Positions 1 through 6,786 of a stretch of DNA of 34,369 bases are shown in pieces (position 1 is the first letter of the stretch; each line of letters opens with the position of its first letter). The notes below the pieces were generated by a model that was not told the origin of the DNA, searched no databases, and saw only the letters and a program-made list of their open reading frames with translations. The translations under genes and the position numbers were made by a program. Origin of the DNA: Candidatus Brocadiia bacterium (GTDB lineage Bacteria > Planctomycetota > Brocadiia > SM23-32); the NCBI GenBank assembly GCA_046538485.1, contig JBKHIT010000056.1, positions 1 through 34,369 on the forward strand, written 5' to 3'.

Positions 1-3000
1 ACAGGAGGTTGCCCTCACCGTCCAGTTTCTTTTTCGTCACGCTGCCGTCCGGGGCCGTGGTTTTGACGCGGCGTCCCAGGACGTCGTACTCGTAGGAGGT
101 AGTGCGATCCTTCGGGTCGGTCACCTCCGCGACGCTGCCGTCCTCGTTGCGCGTGTAGGTGGTGACGTTGCCGTGGGCATCGATCACCTTATTGACGCGG
201 TTGCCGGCGGTGTACTCGTAGAACGTGCTGCCCCCGTCCGCGTCGGTGACCTTCGTGCGGTTACCAACCTCATCGTACTCGTAGCCGGTGGTGTTGTCCC
301 GGGGATCGGTCTGTTCGATCATCCGCCCGGTCTCGTCGTAGGAGAAAGTGGTGGTCTCGCCGTTTTTATCGGTCTCCGCGGTGCGGCGTCCGGCGGCGTC
401 GTATTCATACTGGACGGTATTGCCTTCCGGGTCGGTGGTGCCGGTCATGTTCCCGGCATCGTCGTAGCTGTATGTGGTCGTGTTTCCAAGCGGATCGGTG
501 GTGCTCGTGAGGTTCCCCGCCGCGTCATAGCTCCGGCTGGTGGTGTTTCCGAGCGGGTCGGTGGCCGCGGTCAGTTGACCGTTTTTGTTGTACGACCGCG
601 TGGTGGTGTTGCCCAGAGGATCGGTCACCGCCGTAACGCGTCCGTTGCCATCGTAGCTGCGCTCGGTGGTGGCAACGGTATTCTCGCCTGTGTGGACCTT
701 CGTCCTGATGCGCCGGCCGGCGGCATCGTACTCATATTCGGTGACGCCGCCGCGGGAATCGGTCTCTTTGATCACCCGGCCCAGGGCATCGTACTCCCGG
801 GTGGTGGTCCAGGCCTCACCGGCGGGGTCCTTTATGGTCTTCGTGCGGTTGCCACGGCTGTCGTACTCGTATTCGGTGGTGCGTCCCATCACGTCGGTGA
901 AGCTGGTGAGGTTGCCCATATCGTCATAGGTGTAGGTGCCCTCCTCCATCGGCGTGGAGGCGCCGCCGCAGCTTCCGCATCCGGACTCCCCCGCATCGCC
1001 CTCCACCTCGGTGACGTTGCCGCGCTCGTCGTAGGTCATCTCCGTCACCACGCCGCGGGGGTTGGTGACTTTGGTGCGGAGGTCGCGGTCGTTGTACTCG
1101 TAGGTGGTCTCGTTGCCCAGGGGATCGGTCTTTTTGACCATATTGCCTTCGGCGTCGTACTCGTATTCGGTCCGGTTTCCAAGGGGATCGATGGTGGCGG
1201 TGCGGTTACCGTAGGCATCGTACTCGTGCTGGGTGGTGTTGCCCTCCGGATCGGTGGTGGAGGTGCGGTTGCCGTTATCGTCATAGGAGTAGGTCCAGGT
1301 GTTGCCCATCGGGTCGGTGCGTGAGGTGCGCTGGCCTTTGGAGTTATAGCTGTAGGTGGTGGTGTTGCCTTCCGGGTCGGTCCGGCTGGTGATATTGCCG
1401 TCGGCGTCGTAGGTGTATGTGGTGGTGTTCCCTTCGGGGTCGGTTCGCCGCAGCACCCGCCCGGCATCGTCCCGCACGTACCGGGTGGTCAGATCCAGCC
1501 CTCCCGGATCGATCGTCTCCGAGGCCATATAATCGTTTTCATCGTAGGTGTAGCTTTTGTGCCGATCCGGCCCATCGGGGTTCAGATGCTCCTGCTCGAT
1601 CAGCCGCCCCTCTTTGTCGTAGCGGTCGAGGCGTTTTGTGCCGTCCTGGAAGATGACCGTTCGCTGGCGTTTCTGTTTGTCGTATTTCACCTTCACCAGG
1701 TTGCCGGCCCTGTCGGTGGATCGGGCGATGCTGCCGGTCGCGTCGGATTTCTCCAGCTCGCAGCCGGAAAAATCGCTGGTGGGCGACTCATAGGTGTGCC
1801 GGCCGCTCTGGTCGTCGTAGGTTATCGAATGGTCCCCCCAGGTGTCCGATTGCCCGATATATCCGCCCCCGGCATCGTAGAGATAGTTTATGGTTTTGCC
1901 CGTGCGGGAGTCCGTCTCGCTCTCCAGCCGACCCGCGGCGGTGTAGCTGTAGGTCCAGGTGGCCGATATGGGCGGGATGCGAACTTTCCGCACGTAGCGC
2001 TGGGCGTTGTACAGAAACTCGTAGCGGCTGCCGGAGGCATCCCTGATGGCGGTGAGAGCGCCGGTGGCACTGTCATAGGTGAAAGTGATGGCGTTTCCGT
2101 AAGAATCTTCCCGGCGAGCTATCCTCTGGATGTGTTTGGATGAATTTCGCAGCCCGAAGATTCTTCGCGTCCCGTCCGCCTGGCTGTAGACGAAATGCCC
2201 ATCGGCTTTTTTCTCCAGGTGGGCCCCGTCCCACACGTCGCTTCGGGTTCGGTCTGTAAGCTCGTATCCATCTTCGGTTTTTTCAAAAACTCCCGTCTGG
2301 CTCACCCCCGCCAGGGTCAGATGCACCGTCCCGGTATCGGGATATTCCCAGAGAAAATCCGCGTAGTTGATGATCAGATTCCGGCCGAAGGTATAGAGAT
2401 GGCGGCCGGTGATGGTGGCCTCCCGCACCTCGGCGCTTCGCTCGGAGACGAATCGTGGCCGGACGCTCGCGCGGTAGTTCCATTCTCGAAGCTCCGCTCG
2501 CTTGAGCCTGTAGGCCCCGTCCTGGAACTTTTGATACTTCTCAAACCGTCGCACCCAGCCGTAGCGCTGGTGGGTGAGCACAAACTCCGTGTTCCCCTCA
2601 GGGGTCTGGACCTTCTGCAGCGTGGCGTTCCAGGGACTGGTCGGGTCCTGCTGGCCTTCCTGGGGTATCTCGTATCCGCCCCCGGGAGCGGGCTCGTAGA
2701 TCCTGGCCTGGCCGATCCTATCCAGATATACCTCCATCTTTCCCCCCTCCAGGGGCACGATCTCATCCGACCACCGGGTTTCTGTGCGCCCGATACTCGT
2801 GCGCACCGCCGAGGGTTCGACAGCAACGTTTTCCCCCACGCTCTGGAGGACCGCCGGGCTTCCTCCCCGGCGGTAGCACCAGTTGCCTGTTTTGGGGTTA
2901 TAGCCGCCGTGGCATATGTGCCCCGAGCACCAGTTGCTCTCAGAGAGGGGGCGAACCTTGCCCAGAAGACCGCTTCGGGCAAGTTCCTGGCAGCTTCCCG

Positions 3001-3796
3001 TTATCGTGCAAAGCGCGTAGACGATGAACTTCGCCCGGTCCCGGAAAATCCTTTCTCCGCCGCAGGTGACGGTGCAGCTTATGCGGAAAGCGACCGATCT
3101 CTGCTTACGTGTGACTTCCGGGACGGTCCACTCGTAGCTTTTCGGGTCGCCTGCCGGGCCCGCCGCCTGGCCGTTCACCTTCCAGGCTATCTCCGCGCCG
3201 GGAGGGACCACGTCCCTGGGTTTCCACGTGAGCTCAAAACTCACCTGTCCGGAACCCGAAACAAACTTCCCGTCCGCCTGCTTGCCCTTATTGTTGTGCA
3301 GCGAGGCCGGATCGGCCTTATCCGTCCAGCTGAGCTGCGGCTCAAGCGCGTAGTAAGTGATGTCCCGGGTGACTGTCTCGGTCTGATCACCGGGACCGTA
3401 CTGTTCCTTCGCCGGCCACAGAAGCTCCGCTTTCACCGTGATTGTGTAGCCGCCCCTGACCGAACTGGTGGCCGAGAGCGTGGTGGTCATCCCCCGGGTG
3501 GGATTGACCCCGCAGGTCACTTTCGGGCCGCTTGAGCAGCTCCATCTCACCTGAAGTTTGCCGGCCCGCTCGTTACGGGGTATGGGATTATCTTTCGGGT
3601 CGACACCCAGCCCGACCATCCGCGCCGTCTTATCGACGCAACCGAACAGCGTCGGATCACCTTCGCGCATGTACTTCGGGGGGACCGTTATGGTGCTGGT
3701 ATTATCCTCCCCTCCCGCCTCGGCGCCCGCTATAAGAATCACAACACCGAAAACAGCCAGCACTGCAGGGAAAAACCTTCCGGTTCGTCTCACCAT
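1..3796 (-). CDS. Secreted RHS/YD-repeat protein (>=1265 aa, 3' end beyond the left edge of the window)
   Basis: Translated by hand; absent from the ORF track because no stop codon lies inside the window. ATG at 3796 follows GGGAG. N-terminus MVRRTGRFFPAVLAVFGVVILIAGAEA looks like a Sec signal peptide. The same frame, checked at ~3600, ~2900, ~1900, ~1000 and 1-60, gives many YD repeats (e.g. TDPEGNTTTYTYDADGNITSRTDPEGNTTTYSY, TDPLGNTTSRSYDAAGNLTS) and ends ...TAPDGSVTKKKLDGEGNLL at the edge. Confidence 0.93.
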   Translation of the reverse strand, partial: MVRRTGRFFPAVLAVFGVVILIAGAEAGGEDNTSTITVPPKYMREGDPTLFGCVDKTARMVGLGVDPKDNPIPRNERAGKLQVRWSCSSGPKVTCGVNPTRGMTTTLSATSSVRGGYTITVKAELLWPAKEQYGPGDQTETVTRDITYYALEPQLSWTDKADPASLHNNKGKQADGKFVSGSGQVSFELTWKPRDVVPPGAEIAWKVNGQAAGPAGDPKSYEWTVPEVTRKQRSVAFRISCTVTCGGERIFRDRAKFIVYALCTITGSCQELARSGLLGKVRPLSESNWCSGHICHGGYNPKTGNWCYRRGGSPAVLQSVGENVAVEPSAVRTSIGRTETRWSDEIVPLEGGKMEVYLDRIGQARIYEPAPGGGYEIPQEGQQDPTSPWNATLQKVQTPEGNTEFVLTHQRYGWVRRFEKYQKFQDGAYRLKRAELREWNYRASVRPRFVSERSAEVREATITGRHLYTFGRNLIINYADFLWEYPDTGTVHLTLAGVSQTGVFEKTEDGYELTDRTRSDVWDGAHLEKKADGHFVYSQADGTRRIFGLRNSSKHIQRIARREDSYGNAITFTYDSATGALTAIRDASGSRYEFLYNAQRYVRKVRIPPISATWTYSYTAAGRLESETDSRTGKTINYLYDAGGGYIGQSDTWGDHSITYDDQSGRHTYESPTSDFSGCELEKSDATGSIARSTDRAGNLVKVKYDKQKRQRTVIFQDGTKRLDRYDKEGRLIEQEHLNPDGPDRHKSYTYDENDYMASETIDPGGLDLTTRYVRDDAGRVLRRTDPEGNTTTYTYDADGNITSRTDPEGNTTTYSYNSKGQRTSRTDPMGNTWTYSYDDNGNRTSTTDPEGNTTQHEYDAYGNRTATIDPLGNRTEYEYDAEGNMVKKTDPLGNETTYEYNDRDLRTKVTNPRGVVTEMTYDERGNVTEVEGDAGESGCGSCGGASTPMEEGTYTYDDMGNLTSFTDVMGRTTEYEYDSRGNRTKTIKDPAGEAWTTTREYDALGRVIKETDSRGGVTEYEYDAAGRRIRTKVHTGENTVATTERSYDGNGRVTAVTDPLGNTTTRSYNKNGQLTAATDPLGNTTSRSYDAAGNLTSTTDPLGNTTTYSYDDAGNMTGTTDPEGNTVQYEYDAAGRRTAETDKNGETTTFSYDETGRMIEQTDPRDNTTGYEYDEVGNRTKVTDADGGSTFYEYTAGNRVNKVIDAHGNVTTYTRNEDGSVAEVTDPKDRTTSYEYDVLGRRVKTTAPDGSVTKKKLDGEGNLL
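400..650 (-). repeat. Second block of ~63-bp YD repeat units inside the RHS gene
   Basis: GG(A/G)TCGGT at ~429, 492, 555 and 618; encodes TDP(L/E)GNTT...SYD. Confidence 0.85.
1100..1460 (-). repeat. Tandem ~63-bp (21-aa) YD repeat units inside the RHS gene
   Basis: GG(A/G)TCG recurs on + at ~1122, 1185, 1248, 1311, 1374 and 1437 with a 63-nt period; encodes TDP(E/L/M)GNxTxYxYD. Confidence 0.85.
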
Positions 3797-3842
3797 TTGC
3801 TATTCTCCCGGATATTCATGCCATCATTTGCATGGAAATCAA

Positions 3843-6182
3843 TTATCGTCGTGTCTCCGCCGCCTCCATCTCTTCCCAGCGTTTGGCGCTGGCATAGGTG
3901 TTAGGGGAATGGGGCCGATGCTGGCGCAGCCTGAGGTGGGGGTTCGCCAGCTGGCGCCGGTGCCAGTCCCGGCGCATCGCCCGCCTGTGGAGCATCCGAT
4001 CCCGCTCGGTCCAGAGCTTAAGGCTCCACCTCCAGCGCCGCCGCAGCCGCGGGCCCGCCCCCGCCGAGACCGCGCTGCGGTAGGCGAGCATCCGGGCCAG
4101 GGGGGTCCGCTCCTCGCCCGGCCACTTCCGGCAAGTGTCCCAGAGCCGGCAGGCAGCCGCCAGGTCCGGATTGCGGCCACTGGCCCGCTCCAGCGCCGTC
4201 TCCAGATCCAGTCGCGGAGCCCACGGGGGCAGATCCCGGTCTGCATCGGCTCCCGCTCTGTCAATCAGCACGGCCGAAAGTATCGTATTGAAACTCCACC
4301 GGTCTGTTATGCGTACCAGATAGCGACCCGGTCCCCGCACCAGAAAATTCTTATACACCCCGCCCCAGAAATCCCGCACCCGGGTTCGGACCAGCGGCGG
4401 GGTGAAATGGGTGCGCGCCAGAGTCCCGCGGCGGCGTTTAAACTCAAGGAGGTAATCCCGCCACCGGTTCCGGCCCCGGTGTCCGTCCTTATTCACAAAA
4501 TAGAAACTCACCCGATGCCGGCCCTCCGGCACCCTGATCGCCACCCACAGGTCCGGTCCCTCGTATTCAGGGGCGTAGGCCTCCCCGTGATCATCCCAGG
4601 ACGCCTGCCGCCGGCAGCCGATCAAAGGATCATAGGTGACCCGTTTGTCGGTCGAGGTGAGCCAGTGTATCCAACGCCTGAGCGAATCCTCGCCCGCGTA
4701 GTGAGGCCCGATCCGGCCTTCCACCTGATAGTCGGGAGAGGATCGGACGATATGATCGGACAGGCGGCCCGCGGCGCACAGAACCGCATACTGCCGGCCG
4801 TATCGTCCCATCCAATCGCCCTGGGTCTGCCAATCATCGCCCAGATAATGCACCGAACGGGTCCCCGTGGGTCCGACGCTTGACTGCAGATGCCTGCGGA
4901 TCCTGTCGAGTTTCTCGGCTTTGAACGCCTCCGCTTCGGCGGGCAGATCGGCGGGCTCGCCCGCAGCCTGTTTTGTTCCGGCAGGCCGCGGCGGTTGTGG
5001 GGAGTGGGAACCGGAGCTTCTCATCTCCAGCTTAAGGCCCTCCCCGTAGGTCCCCACCAGCGCCTGGCCGTTCGGAAGACAGGCGAGGCTGAACACATAA
5101 TTGCCCTCCGCCTCCTCCTCAGCAGCTTCGCCCCGACGGCCCGGGTGCAACTTCCGAGCGACAATCCGGCCCGACTTGGGATCGAACACCTCCACCCCCC
5201 GGCGCCGATGTCCCATCCATATCCGGCCGCGCTCGTCTTCGGCCAGAGAGCACACGTAATCCTCGGCAAGTAAAAGTTTGGACTGGCCTGTTTCGAGGGA
5301 TTTTTTAAGGTTTTCCACATCCCGGCGGCCCCGCCAACCTCCGGGAAGGAACATTCCGCTCAGTTTCGCCGGCAGGTCCTTGCCGCGCACGTAGCTCCAG
5401 CTGCCGCGAGCGGGGCGCCGCGCCAGCCCCGTGTCGGTGGCCACGTACATTGTGCCGTCCTTGCCGACCAGAATATCGTTTATGAGCCCCGAGGGCAGCC
5501 CTCGGCCGCTGGCCTTCAGCGGCATGCGGTGCGGGCCCTCGAGGGTTCGCCAGCGGATCTCCGCTGCCGCCGGCCGACCGATGGCCAGGCCGCTGGACTG
5601 GGTGCCGGCCAGGATATGGCCGCGACCGGTTATCGCGAGGGTCTGGATCTGGTCTTCCGGCAGTCCATTCCAGCGCCCGTAGTAGCTCCAGATCTTCTCT
5701 TTCGGACAGTAGCGGCTCAGGCCCGCGCTCGTTGCAATCCACACCTGCCCCGTCACCGGGCAGCATGCGATATCAAAGACCCGCCCGCTCAGCGGGCCAC
5801 TTGCGGGGCCGTAGTTTTTCCAGGATTGGCCGTTGTAGACGCTCACCCCACCCCGCAGGTGCCCGACCCAGATCCGCCCCTGCCGGTCGCTGCAGATTGC
5901 GTAGACGTAGTTATCTGCGAGACCGTCTGATCTGCCAAAACGGCGCAGTCCGGATCCCATCTGATCGTTTTTCTCCGGATCCAGCCGCCACAGACCGTTC
6001 CCTTCGGTGCCGATCCAAACCCGTCCTGCGCTGTCAACATGGATATCCAGCACAAATTCGCCGACTCTGTTCAGGTCGGCCTGCGTGATTTCCCCTCTGA
6101 CCTCCGGCACAATCCAGAGCGCAAGCGCGCACGTTGCGACAACGAGAATTGTTGCCCACGATTTGTTCGAAAATATGCCCAC
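3843..6182 (-). CDS. Secreted beta-propeller protein (two-component-regulator-propeller/Reg_prop-like repeats) with an uncharacterised C-terminal domain; no kinase domain
   Basis: 779-aa ORF with a hydrophobic N-terminal signal-like segment. Repeats such as VDSAGRVWIGTEGNGL, GLADNYVYAICSDRQGRIWVG, GLPEDQIQTLA, GLPSGLINDIL and LAEDERGRIWMG. No transmembrane helix or HisKA motifs seen. The GTG start is uncertain. Confidence 0.85.
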   Translation of the reverse strand: MGIFSNKSWATILVVATCALALWIVPEVRGEITQADLNRVGEFVLDIHVDSAGRVWIGTEGNGLWRLDPEKNDQMGSGLRRFGRSDGLADNYVYAICSDRQGRIWVGHLRGGVSVYNGQSWKNYGPASGPLSGRVFDIACCPVTGQVWIATSAGLSRYCPKEKIWSYYGRWNGLPEDQIQTLAITGRGHILAGTQSSGLAIGRPAAAEIRWRTLEGPHRMPLKASGRGLPSGLINDILVGKDGTMYVATDTGLARRPARGSWSYVRGKDLPAKLSGMFLPGGWRGRRDVENLKKSLETGQSKLLLAEDYVCSLAEDERGRIWMGHRRRGVEVFDPKSGRIVARKLHPGRRGEAAEEEAEGNYVFSLACLPNGQALVGTYGEGLKLEMRSSGSHSPQPPRPAGTKQAAGEPADLPAEAEAFKAEKLDRIRRHLQSSVGPTGTRSVHYLGDDWQTQGDWMGRYGRQYAVLCAAGRLSDHIVRSSPDYQVEGRIGPHYAGEDSLRRWIHWLTSTDKRVTYDPLIGCRRQASWDDHGEAYAPEYEGPDLWVAIRVPEGRHRVSFYFVNKDGHRGRNRWRDYLLEFKRRRGTLARTHFTPPLVRTRVRDFWGGVYKNFLVRGPGRYLVRITDRWSFNTILSAVLIDRAGADADRDLPPWAPRLDLETALERASGRNPDLAAACRLWDTCRKWPGEERTPLARMLAYRSAVSAGAGPRLRRRWRWSLKLWTERDRMLHRRAMRRDWHRRQLANPHLRLRQHRPHSPNTYASAKRWEEMEAAETRR

Positions 6183-6244
6183 GCCAAACCCCAGAGCTTT
6201 TCCTGTTAGAGAAGCTCAGCCAAACATTCAGTTAAGTAGGGGTA

Positions 6245-6284
6245 AGTGTACCCCCCCCCAAGGCATTTTGTCAAGTCTTTTTTT
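6245..6284 (-). promoter_or_regulatory. Putative sigma70 promoter TTGACA-N18-TACACT with a G9 tract in the spacer and an upstream A-tract
   Basis: Minus strand reads AAAAAAAGAC TTGACA AAATGCCTT GGGGGGGGG TACACT (-35 at 6274-6269, G9 at 6259-6251, -10 at 6250-6245), ~60 nt upstream of the propeller gene. Confidence 0.7.
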
Positions 6285-6434
6285 CACGCAATCCCCCAAA
6301 CAACCAGAGACATCTTACGGTCTCGCGCGGCACGAGGGGAATGGCGATAATGGCCTCAAGGCATTTGATACGGGCATCGATTATCCGCAGCCAGCGTCTT
6401 TTAAGCGGATGGGAAAAAACTTGCTGTTATTCCG

Positions 6435-6532
6435 TTGCCCCCATCGGCGCAGGGCCGATGGAGGGCAATTTGTGAGTTGAGCGCCCGCAGTGAGCTAATC
6501 GCCGCGCCCCGCGGCACAGGGCCGCGGGAGGC
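6435..6532. repeat. Two related GC-rich hairpins with a shared (G/A)CAGG loop
   Basis: CCATCGGC-GCAGG-GCCGATGG (6441-6461, extendable to 6435-6468) and CCCGCGGC-ACAGG-GCCGCGGG (6508-6528). Confidence 0.7.
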
Positions 6533-6786
6533 CACAGGTGTGGTACTGTGGGGACGTACCAACGTTCGGGGTCACTTGCTCGCGGGCGCCGTTTCCCGCA
6601 AGTAAAGTGCAACCCTTCGTTCGATCATTTCTCAATATTCTGGCAATGCTCGATCTCCAGACATTAAGCGATCTCATCAGCTTTTTTGAGCACAGACAGT
6701 AATGCATCTTCCCGAGATAGCAAATCGGTCTGCGTCCCCTTCGGGCGCAGGTTACTTGCCTCGGGCACTGCAAATGATGGGTGCGG

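Noticed and set aside
173..1324. 383-aa plus-strand Val/Gly-rich ORF (also 1559-2143 and 2195-3535)
   Set aside because: Antisense shadow of the RHS gene; its periodic hydrophobic pattern mirrors the YD codons.
400..1460. Regularly spaced ~63-bp repeats suggestive of a CRISPR array
   Set aside because: Degenerate, codon-phased and inside an open frame encoding YD repeats; no identical repeats with unique spacers and no cas genes.
3558..4883. 441-aa Pro/Arg-rich plus-strand ORF
   Set aside because: Antisense to the propeller and RHS genes in very GC-rich DNA; no recognisable motifs.
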